A stretch of DNA of 64,000 nucleotides from a virus (Duplodnaviria > Caudoviricetes), in the IMG/VR virus record IMGVR_UViG_2825252539_000001, positions 1 through 64,000 of that record, one strand, 5' to 3'. Made by a program: the position numbers and the translations under genes. Under the pieces are notes generated by a model. It worked only from the letters and a program-made list of their open reading frames with translations. It was not told the DNA's origin and made no database searches. Positions 51,203 to 60,556 of the stretch are shown here, piece after piece (the stretch's first letter is position 1; each line of letters opens with the position of its first letter).

Positions 51203-51616
51203 TTGACCGTCTGCCTTGCCCCCATCGAATGGCCAACAGGCACCCTGCTCGAACGCCAAGCCATCTTTACCTACGAGGTTGCTCGCCTACAGGCGGCGGC
51301 GGTCGATGCGCCCATCGTCCCCGAGCCGTGGTCGACACGCGACGAGAAGTTCCGTACGCAGTACTTGGAGATCACTTCCAAGATGATGGGTCCGGACCGG
51401 TTCGAGAGTCCGGAAGCCGCCCATGATTCCTGGTGGCAGGCATATATCGACCTGGGCTGGACCTACGGCCCCGTGCGCGATGTCGACGCCAAAACTCATC
51501 CCGACATGGTTCCATTCGCCGATCTCGGATGGGAAGAACGTGTCAAAGACGCCGTTTGGATCGCCCTCAATGAGATTGCGCGCCAGTGGATTACCGATGG
51601 AGATCCCGATGACTAA
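51203..51616 (+). CDS. RyR-repeat domain protein
   Basis: HDSW......[25 protein letters not shown], the RyR domain signature. Confidence 0.85.
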   Translation: MTVCLAPIEWPTGTLLERQAIFTYEVARLQAAAVDAPIVPEPWSTRDEKFRTQYLEITSKMMGPDRFESPEAAHDSWWQAYIDLGWTYGPVRDVDAKTHPDMVPFADLGWEERVKDAVWIALNEIARQWITDGDPDD

Positions 51617-53087
51617 GTTCGCGCCCGTCGCGGCTTTGTTCAAGACCGATGCCTACAAGCTCGGCCACATCCAGCAGTATGCGTTGAGCGGCAAGGTCAC
51701 TCGCGTCTACTCCAACTACACCAACCGCAAGTCACGCATCCCCGGCGTCGACCATGTCGTGCACTTCGGCCTACAGGCCTATATCCAGCAGCAGCTCATG
51801 GAGGCGTTCGAGCCGTTCTTTGCCGCCGATGAGGATCTCGTCTGCGAGTTGTACGAAGAGCGCCTCGGTCAGATCCTTGGCCCAGATGCCGCGGCTAGTA
51901 TCGGTTCCGATCACATCCGCGCCCTGCACCGGCTCGGTTACTTGCCACTGCGGTTCTGCGCCCTCCCAGAGGGAACGCTTGTCCCCATCGGAGTGCCGGC
52001 ATTCACGGTTGAAAACACGATCGACGAGTTCTACTGGCTAACGAACTATGTCGAGACGGGGATCTCGGCCGGCTACTGGCAGCCGTCTACGAGTGCCACA
52101 ATCGCTCACCAGTACCGCAAGACGTTGGTGGCTGCTGCGATTCGGACGGGCGTTCCCGTCGAGGTTGTCGACTGGCAATGCCACGACTTTTCTTATCGAG
52201 GCATGTCTTCGCACGAGACCGCGGCGGCATCAGGCGCCGCCCATCTGCTGAGCTTCACCGGCACTGATTCTCTCGTGGCGCTGGAGTGGATCGACAAGTA
52301 CTACGGCGGTTCTTACGTCGCGGGAAGTGTCCCAGCTACGGAGCACTCTGTCATGTGTACCGGTATCGAGACCGTGGGTGAGCTGGAGACCTTCCGGCGA
52401 TTGCTCAAGCTGTACCCCACGGGCATCGTCTCCGTCGTCTCGGACACCTTTGATCTCTGGAAGGTGCTCACCGAGTATCTGCCGGCGCTCAAGGATGAGA
52501 TCCTCGCCCGCGACGGCAAGCTCGTCATCCGACCAGACTCCGGCGATCCTGAGAAGATCATCTGTGGCGATCCCGATGCAGAACCCGGCACGCCGGCATG
52601 GTACGGCGTGGTGTGGTTACTCGATATGGTGTTTGGCCACACGTTCAATGATGCGGGTTTCGCCGAGCTTGATCCTCACGTTGGTGTCATCTACGGCGAC
52701 TCCATCACGGTGGAGCGGTCTGATTCCATCACGCGACGATTGGAGCGGATGGGCTTTGCTTCGTCCAACATCGTGTTCGGTGTGGGTTCCTTCACCTACC
52801 AGTACAACACGCGCGACACGTTCTCTTCTGCCATGAAGGCGACATGGGCCGAGGTCGACGGTGAAGGTGTGAATCTGTTGAAGAATCCGGTCACCGACAA
52901 CGGCACGAAGAAGTCCGCGACCGGTCGACTGGCAGTGGAGCAAAGCTGGGGTGAGCTTATCTTGACGCAGGATGCGACTTGGGACGAAGAACGACACAGT
53001 CTGCTCCAGCTTGTCTGGGAGAACGGTGAATTCATACGCCGGCAGGAATTCGCGGATGTCCGACGCGTCCTAGGAGAAGCGGCATGA
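51609..53087 (+). CDS. Nicotinamide phosphoribosyltransferase-like protein (possible Namat of NARP1)
   Basis: [57 protein letters not shown]...MKAT, KKSATG. Confidence 0.93.
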   Translation: MTKFAPVAALFKTDAYKLGHIQQYALSGKVTRVYSNYTNRKSRIPGVDHVVHFGLQAYIQQQLMEAFEPFFAADEDLVCELYEERLGQILGPDAAASIGSDHIRALHRLGYLPLRFCALPEGTLVPIGVPAFTVENTIDEFYWLTNYVETGISAGYWQPSTSATIAHQYRKTLVAAAIRTGVPVEVVDWQCHDFSYRGMSSHETAAASGAAHLLSFTGTDSLVALEWIDKYYGGSYVAGSVPATEHSVMCTGIETVGELETFRRLLKLYPTGIVSVVSDTFDLWKVLTEYLPALKDEILARDGKLVIRPDSGDPEKIICGDPDAEPGTPAWYGVVWLLDMVFGHTFNDAGFAELDPHVGVIYGDSITVERSDSITRRLERMGFASSNIVFGVGSFTYQYNTRDTFSSAMKATWAEVDGEGVNLLKNPVTDNGTKKSATGRLAVEQSWGELILTQDATWDEERHSLLQLVWENGEFIRRQEFADVRRVLGEAA

Positions 53088-56000
53088 CCTTTTCAGTGCA
53101 ACGTGTACGTCCCCGAGATCTCCAGATGTTCGCCGTGCAGTGGGACTCCGAAGATGCGGCGCACGACATCATCGATTGGATCGAGGTACACAACGGTCAC
53201 GCCTACCGAGATGAGGACGTCTCGGGTGCGTCGGGTCCGGCCGGCGAGGACTGGGGTGAGTTCCAGGTAGAGACGTTCAACGGCGATATCGACGTTGCCC
53301 CATACGATTTCATCATCCTGGGCACCACCGGCGAATTCTTCGTGCGCAAGCCTAAATCCATGATCGAACTATACGAGGTGCTCTGATGGCTGAAGATCTA
53401 CTGAAGCGGGTTCTTGAAGGGATCGGACCGAACGGCGTGGCTGTCGCCGAGGCGTTTGCGGAAGCGTTCCGAGACTTCGCGAAAGATAACAGCTTCGACG
53501 GTCATCGACGAGCGGATGCCGAGCGACTCCTCGTGGCCGAAGCCGAGCTAGAGGCTCTTCGTACCGAACTGGCGGAGGTTACCTACGAACGGGATCGGCT
53601 GATCATCGCTCGGGATAACGCCGCGGAGCGGGCGTCTCGATACGCGCGACAGCTCGGCGAGATCACCGTAGCGTTTGACGCTTTGCGGATCGTGGTGAAC
53701 GGGGTGGAATGAGCAAGCAGATATCCATAGTTCTTCCGGAACCGTCGGAGTACTCACCCTGGGGCGAGCCTCAGTGGAACTCTTACCCGTTTGTTCGGGT
53801 TGAAGATGATGCTGAAGAGGGCGACGAGATCGTAGTAGGCGTCTCGGATGAGCACCTCTACAAGATCAATCCGTACGAGGCGCAAGATTTCGCCGCTTCG
53901 CTACTCGCTGCAGCGGACAAGCTTCTGTCGCGGTGAGAGAGCCGACTTGCGGCGGCTGCCAGGGGCTGGGAGCGCACGGCCGGCTGTGCCGTACCCGTCC
54001 GGGTTGGTACTGGCGCCGTCTCGCTCAAGATGCTACGGATCTGGCCGACTCGATCGGCTCCAACGATCCAGAGGCGTCGAACATGGCCTACGCCATCGCG
54101 GGACGAATGCGAATCAAGGCCGACGCTTCCACCACGACATTTCTGACCAATCAAGGGGCTTCATGAGCTGGCATGTAGGGGTGTACGAAAACACCCTCAC
54201 GATGGATGCCGCGGTAGCGGAGAGGTTGATCGCCGAAGGCGACAATCAGGGTTATCTACTGTTCTACGAAAACGACAAGCTGACAATCGACGGTGACCCA
54301 GCCGAGCACATCGACTTCTTCTGGCAAGACTGGGCGGAAGAGATCCTTGACGATTCGTCGGTGAACGGTGTGTTCGCCTTCATCTCGGCCGAGGGTGACA
54401 ACGCCGGCAGCATCTGGGGCTATCAGTTCGATCAAGGTCGCGTGACCGAGTTGGTCGGTGAGATTCGGCTGGTGCCCGCGAGTTGACGGTCAAGCACGCT
54501 GACGCATGCCTGTTCACCATCTATAGCGGCGGCCGGCCGTGGCGCACCCACAAGGCGTCTGCTGTTTTCTTCGACGACGACCGTATGCGTGGTACTCGCT
54601 CCAGGGCGGAGCCAACTTTCGCGGTGTCTGTGGTTGATAGAGAGACGGGCGAGGTCATCCGCTACCCGGGTTGGTCGCAGTTCGAGGTCGCCAATGGGTG
54701 AGCCGAACTTCAGCGATGAAGGGCGTTGGCCGTATCCCCGCGACAAGACTGAAATCGACAAGCTGAAGCGCATCGTTCACAGCTATCGAACGCAGCTCCA
54801 AAACGTTGACCCAGTGGGGTGTCGGATAATCGATGCTCGCATGGCGCTCTACGGCGAGTCATGGATTAGCGAGGGAATCGACGTGTCTCGGGACTGCACA
54901 GTCGAGGAGATCTACGCCGAGTTTGGCCGCGGGTTTGAGCCTCATGTAATTCACCAGTGGGCGCGCTCGGACCCGGGAAAGATCCCCTGGCGTGGGAAAC
55001 GCGACGGTAGAACACTTTATCGACTGGCGGATGTGTTGGCGTATCAGGTAGCGCTATAGCCATCAGAAATGGAAAAGGTACTTGCCCCAGAGTCTTGGCG
55101 AGGTCAAATACGGCAAGGATGAGGAGCTGGAGCGTCTCGCCAACGAGCTTCTCAATGGCAGCGTCGGAGAAAATAAGCGCTGTGTAGACCGGGACATCGA
55201 GAAGGTTTCCTACGAGCTGGGCCTCGTCTCTGATGACGACCTCCATCACTACGATCCCAACAACGACTGGGACGCCCAAGATTCGGTGTTTGCAGTATCG
55301 GTGGACCCGGGCGATCTGAGTGGCATTGAGCCGACCATCTGTGCGGATGTGCCGGACGGCAACGTCCGGGCGCGGAATCCGAAGTTGCACGAGCGCCGAG
55401 CGCTCACGCGTCACACCGGAGATGACGAGGCCTGGGGCTCGACGTTCGAGGAGATTCCGCTACTCGGCGTCAACGAAGGCCCGCGCAAGGTCTGCACTCG
55501 ATGCAAGCAGTCGAGAGGGCTCTCGCTTTTCTCGCGCGATAAGCGGAATGTGGATGGCCTTCGCTCGTGGTGTCGATCCTGCGAAAAAGCGGCAGCAAAA
55601 AACCGTTACACGAGAAAATCTCAGTAGGCCCGCATAACCACAGGTCAGACGGCTAAAAATTGCCGGTGCCCCGTAGCGATAGTGAGGAAGATTAATTTCC
55701 TTTCGACTATCTAGACGGGGCACCGGAGAACCTCGCGAGCAGTAAGCCAAACAACCGGTTATAGACCGGAGGTACGGGCCGTGGCGAGGTGGAAAGACCC
55801 GTATATCGACCCGTACACCGGACTAAATAACATCGACGCCATCCTCGAAGACGCTCGTTCGGGCCGTCTCGCATATGACGACGATGATGATGGGGAAGTC
55901 GATCAGTCCGAGGACTGACGTACCAAAACCTTCACACGTCTGGTCGATCTGTACATGACTTGATTCTGGCAGCGCCCCTCCCCGATGCGGGTCGAGCAGG

Positions 56001-57153
56001 TGCGCCGCCGCCCCGTTCGGCATAGCGCTCACTGCGGACGGGGCACACTCTTTCGGAGGAATGCATGATCATCGCTGAGGTGTGCAACGGCTGTGGAGCC
56101 GAGCGACCGTCCTGGCATGGCGGAAGTCATGTTAAGCGGTGCTACACCCACCATGTAGAGCATGCCGCCTGTTGTGACGGCAAGACGGCCGAGGAAGACT
56201 GGCGGACCCGAAAGTATAGCTTCATGTCAATCCCACGGCACTGGGCAACCGCGTGAGACCAGCCGGCCGAGCATGGCTCGCCACGGCGCTAGGTATTACG
56301 ACTTACGAAACCCTCGCCCCGCCAGAGGAACTCATGTCCGAGGCGGCCGACCGCTGGATTGAGCGCCGACCCATCTTGGCGCGGATAGCAATCATTGCAA
56401 TTGGGCTACTACTGACGGCCCACGTCGCCAATGTAATCCCGAGGCCGGACCGCTATGACGTTATGTCGCAGGGGTTTTGGCAGCGCATCCACGAGGAGTG
56501 CTCAGTGACGTTCAACCGCGACACGATCTAGCAAATACCTAGGTATGACACCACCTTAGACGGGTCAATACGGCGAGATGCCGCGAAAGGAATAGGCGAG
56601 ATGCCTTCTGAATACATCGGATTCGCTCCGCAAGAGCACGGCTCGGCGAAAGTAGCCTGGGGCCGTGATTGCGGAACCATTCAAATGACTGTAGCCGGCC
56701 CAATTGGCTGGCGCGAAGACTTGATCGGCCGGCCATGCTCATGTGACGGCCGCAATACAGCTTGCGAGGCGTTCGGCTGTCGCTCGTCGCTAGAGACTGA
56801 CAACAGTCTCGATTGGCACTTTACTTTTCATCACCGCCGCGAGATCAACGACTTGATTGAGCTTCTGCGCAAGGCTCGTGACGGAGCGTTTGGAAAAGAT
56901 GCATGACCGGCGACCAATAGATCACCAAGGATGGACCTTGACCGAAGGCGTGTTTGACGAGTTCGGTGGGGAGAAGTTCGAATACCCGCATTGCAATCCC
57001 GAAGTGCTACACGCGCCGGGGATCTGCTACTACTGCGACCACTACCCTTCTCGTCAAGCTGCACGAGCCGCCTCACGAGCGACGTTCTCGCCGCCTGAGG
57101 CGAATGGCTGGATGGGCAATGTCGCTGTACCCGAGAGGCTTTCGAATGATTGA
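53084..57153 (+). CDS. Run of small hypothetical ORFs (e.g. 53084-53386, 53386-53712, 54695-55059, 55082-55627, 56253-56531, 56601-56906)
   Basis: Coupled co-oriented ORFs with no confidently recognised function. Confidence 0.55.
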
Positions 57154-57449
57154 CTTCGATCCTGGCTGACCCTTTCTACTGACAAAGTAGAAAGGAGGTC
57201 CACATGCCAGGACCCTGCTCAGCCCCGAATGGGGATGCCCGACTCGTTGAACTCAGCGGGGAGGAGCGTGTTCGCCTTGCAGATCAGCGCAAGTTGAACA
57301 CGGGAAAAACTAGACTCAAGAGGGAGCGCGCGAGCGCTTCTACAGAGGGTCGGCCGCTCAACGAGTAGCGGTAACGCGAGTTGTGCACGCCCTCGCTTCA
57401 AAGGTGTAGCTGTCTCACCGGTAGGTCAGCGGTATATCTGGCTCGCGAA

Positions 57450-57483
57450 CCTCGCTCGTCGAATCGGGCGGGGCTTTTCTTTG
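57450..57483 (+). terminator. Intrinsic terminator candidate
   Basis: CCTCGCTCG-TCGAAT-CGGGCGGGG followed by CTTTTCTTT. Confidence 0.65.
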
Positions 57484-57726
57484 ACTAACGACTAGTACCC
57501 CGGTACCTCTGCCGGTCAACGTCTAGTCGGGGTGTAGCTCAAGCATTTCGAATGAGCACCGTCGCATCCCCGCATTGAGGCCACTGAGCCAAGGCTCGCT
57601 GGGCGGGGACGGGACCACGGAGGCATGTCGGTAGGGGTTTTAACGGGAGCTATTCCTGTAAGCCAGTCCGGCCACCCAATGAACTAGGGCCTTTCGCCGT
57701 TTTCCGCCCATCAAGGAAAACCGCAC

Positions 57727-57782
57727 GATCCGTCCAGGCGGGCGGCCTCCGGAGGCCTTGGAGTTCAACTCTCCGCGGATCA
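57727..57782 (+). ncRNA. Minimal tRNA-like element
   Basis: GATCCG/CGGATC acceptor-like helix, GGCCT-CCGG-AGGCC, T arm TGGAG-TTCAACT-CTCCG; D arm reduced. Confidence 0.5.
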
Positions 57783-57815
57783 CGACAATTGCAATCGCCA
57801 AACTAGGGGAACAGT

Positions 57816-58211
57816 GTGGCAAGCACGTATCGAATGACCGACCATCCGAACGCCCGCGGTTTGATCTACATCGCCGGCCCAATGACCCTTTACGGACCTC
57901 CGAACTGGGGTTACGAGCACTTCGCCGATATGGCAAAGCGTCTGCGAGCAGCCGGGTTTGACGTAATCAGTCCGCATGAGCTGCACGGTCCCGAGGACGC
58001 GCCGCAGTACGGCGACGACGACCCGGATAGCGCATGGGGATGGTTCCTGCGTCGTGACATCCGCGAGCTAGCTAAGTGTGGCCGCATCGTGATGCTGCCC
58101 GACTGGGAGAAGTCCCGCGGTGCCCAGCTCGAATTCACGGTCGCGAAGGCGCTTGAAATGGAGATCATCTACGCCCACGAGGTCGACGACCTCCTGAAGG
58201 CGGCTGCGTAG
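57816..58211 (+). CDS. DUF4406 / nucleoside deoxyribosyltransferase-like protein
   Basis: IYIAGPMT...F...A..LR..G..V.SP.E, D...L..C..I.MLP.WEKSRGA.LE..VA..L. Confidence 0.85.
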   Translation: MASTYRMTDHPNARGLIYIAGPMTLYGPPNWGYEHFADMAKRLRAAGFDVISPHELHGPEDAPQYGDDDPDSAWGWFLRRDIRELAKCGRIVMLPDWEKSRGAQLEFTVAKALEMEIIYAHEVDDLLKAAA

Positions 58212-58583
58212 GTGGGATACCCGCACTACAGCACCGATTGCCAGGACTACTGGCGTCACGTAACCAACGACAACGTCATCGACGCGGCGCACCTGCAGCG
58301 TCAGCGTGACTTCAGCCTGAAGACATTCGGTCCGGGACAGCGCACCGATGGCGTGCTAGACCACATCGCCAAGGAACTCGAAGAGATCCGCCAGGACCCC
58401 ACCGACGTATCGGAGTGGGTCGATGTGATCATCCTAGCGTTTGACGGCGCATGGCGTGCAGGCTGGGACAACCAGCAGATCATCGACGCGATTCACGCCA
58501 AGCAGCTCAAGAACGAAGCCCGCGAGTGGCCAGACTGGCGTACGCAAGATCCCAACAAGGCGATCGAGCACGTGCGTGGGTAG
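58212..58583 (+). CDS. DUF550 MazG-like dATP/dGTP pyrophosphohydrolase
   Basis: FS..TFGPG.R..GVLDHI.KEL.EI...P.D.SEW.DVIILA.DGAWR...K..KN.AR.WPDWR. Confidence 0.88.
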   Translation: MGYPHYSTDCQDYWRHVTNDNVIDAAHLQRQRDFSLKTFGPGQRTDGVLDHIAKELEEIRQDPTDVSEWVDVIILAFDGAWRAGWDNQQIIDAIHAKQLKNEAREWPDWRTQDPNKAIEHVRG

Positions 58584-59058
58584 GTCAGAGATCGGCGGCG
58601 GTCCCATCGACTTCAAGCCACCTAGCGCGGTCAAGGACACGAACCCGAAGGATGCCGTAGGCACCGCCAAGGCACCGTTTTCCACCGTTTCTATGCCAGT
58701 CCTAGCGGAACTTGGCCTGGTGATGATGGAGGGCGCGCGAAAGTATGGGCGCCACAATTACCGCGCCGCTGGAGTCCGCGCGAGCGTCTATATTGATGCC
58801 GCATTTCGACACCTGGCCCGCTTCTGGGAGGGTGAAGACCTCGATCCCGACAGTGGGATGCCTCATCTGATTCATGCCATGGCCTGCTGTGCCGTGTTGC
58901 GCGACAGTCAGATTCAAGGCAACTGGACGGACGACCGTCCGCCGAAGACCCCGCAGGGGTGGATCGAAGAACTCAACGCGAAAGCCGCGGCTCTTCTAGA
59001 GAAGTATCCGAATCCAATGCCAGCACATACGGAGCTGACCAACACCCTGGCGGGTTAA
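58576..59058 (+). CDS. DUF5664-like dATP/dGTP diphosphohydrolase
   Basis: TNPKDAVG..K, GARKYGRHNYR..GVRASVY.DAA.RHL..FWEGED.DPDSG.PHL.HA. Confidence 0.85.
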   Translation: MGRSEIGGGPIDFKPPSAVKDTNPKDAVGTAKAPFSTVSMPVLAELGLVMMEGARKYGRHNYRAAGVRASVYIDAAFRHLARFWEGEDLDPDSGMPHLIHAMACCAVLRDSQIQGNWTDDRPPKTPQGWIEELNAKAAALLEKYPNPMPAHTELTNTLAG

Positions 59059-59079
59059 AACCATAGGGGGACCAGTCTT

Positions 59080-59853
59080 CTGGCTGCCATATTGACCATC
59101 GATATCGAAACCCAGCGGGCCATCACCGAGACGTGGGACCTCTGGCCGAAGTACATCCCAATCGACAATGTCATCATCCCGAAGCGGATTCTTTGCTTCG
59201 CGGCGAAGTGGCACGACGACGACGAGGTCCAGTTCTACTCGGCCTGGGATGACAACGACCAGGAGTCCTACGACGCGATGATCCGCGCGGCATGGGAACT
59301 GCTCGATCAAGCTCAGGTAGTCGTCGGCTGGAACTCGACTCGGTTTGATATCCAGCACTTCAACGCCGCTTTCGGCCGGCTCGAACTCGGGCCGCCCTCG
59401 CCGTTCCGGAGTCTCGACCTGATGAAGGTCGCCAAAAAGAACTTCGCGGCCGGCGAACTCAGCCTGAAGCTGGACTGGTTCTCTCGCATGTGGTTGGGCG
59501 ACCGTAAGACCGATCATGGTGGACGTGACCTTTGGCGCGACATCCGATACGGCAAGCCTGCTGAAAAGCTTGAAGCCCAACGGATCATGGAAGAGTACAA
59601 CCGCCACGACGTCGAGCTGACAGAGCAACTACTTGACCGGTTCAAGCCTTGGACCGGGGTCAACTGGGCGCTGTTCGATTCCGACGGTGACGACGGCACG
59701 CCACGTTGCACCACGTGCTCGTCGACCAAGATCCAGAAGCGCGGCTACTTCTATACGACTTGCATGACGTATCAACGGTATCGGTGCAACGACTGTGGCT
59801 CCTGGTCGCGCGGTGCTTCTAGGGTGTACACCACCGAGCTTCGGCCCGTGTAA
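59080..59853 (+). CDS. RNase H-like 3'-5' exonuclease with C-terminal Zn ribbon
   Basis: IDIET, WNSTRFD, YNRHDV; C-terminal CTTC...YQRYRCNDCG. Start CTG 59080 or TTG 59092. Confidence 0.85.
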   Translation: MAAILTIDIETQRAITETWDLWPKYIPIDNVIIPKRILCFAAKWHDDDEVQFYSAWDDNDQESYDAMIRAAWELLDQAQVVVGWNSTRFDIQHFNAAFGRLELGPPSPFRSLDLMKVAKKNFAAGELSLKLDWFSRMWLGDRKTDHGGRDLWRDIRYGKPAEKLEAQRIMEEYNRHDVELTEQLLDRFKPWTGVNWALFDSDGDDGTPRCTTCSSTKIQKRGYFYTTCMTYQRYRCNDCGSWSRGASRVYTTELRPV

Positions 59854-59859
59854 TCCGCC

Positions 59860-60393
59860 GTGACTCACATCCACGATTACACCGAATGGATTGAGGAGCC
59901 GGGCCATGACTCGCGCACCCTCGAATGGGTGAGGGTCTGTGAGTGTGGGTTCTCTCCCGACCGGCTAGCGCATCGGGTGATCGTCACTGGCTCCCGGGTC
60001 TGGAAAGACCCCCTACCGATCATCGATGCGCTCTGGGATCAATTCGCCTACGCCAAGTCTCACGACTTGCCGATGGTAGTGGTCGAGGGTCGGTGCCCGC
60101 ATGGGGGAGCGGACAAGATCGCCGAGAACTGGGCTAAAGCCGCCAAGAGGCAGGGGCTTCCAGTCGATCATGACCCGATCCCCGCCAACTGGGAGGCTCT
60201 CGGCAAGCGCGCCGGCCCCTTCAGAAACCAGGTCATGGCCGACCGTGGTGGCAACGCTTGCTTGGCGTTTCCACTTCCGGAAAGCCGCGGAACCTGGGAC
60301 ATGATCCGCCGCGCCTTGGATGCCGGCATCCCCGTGGGGATTTTCGAGAATGGGGAGATGACATGGCATCCGAGCAACTCCGCTACCGACTAG
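59860..60393 (+). CDS. SLOG-family (YspA/DUF2493-like) protein
   Basis: RVIVTGSR, GAD.IA..WA, ANW...GK.AGP.RN..M, AF...SRGT.DM..RA. Confidence 0.85.
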   Translation: MTHIHDYTEWIEEPGHDSRTLEWVRVCECGFSPDRLAHRVIVTGSRVWKDPLPIIDALWDQFAYAKSHDLPMVVVEGRCPHGGADKIAENWAKAAKRQGLPVDHDPIPANWEALGKRAGPFRNQVMADRGGNACLAFPLPESRGTWDMIRRALDAGIPVGIFENGEMTWHPSNSATD

Positions 60394-60556
60394 GTCGTAG
60401 ATCTAGTAACGCCGCTCAGCCACACCGCAATCGACACCGAGAGCGCAAGTCTGGCCAGGACGGCACCGAAGCGTTAACCGAAGCGCAGCAGGGACTTATC
60501 GATTATGAGACAGACCACGAGGTCTGGAAACCAGGGGAACTAATGGACGGGGAGAA

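Noticed and set aside
58212-59058. Z-base (diaminopurine) genome call
   Set aside because: DUF550 alone is insufficient; no PurZ or dedicated polymerase is seen in the window.
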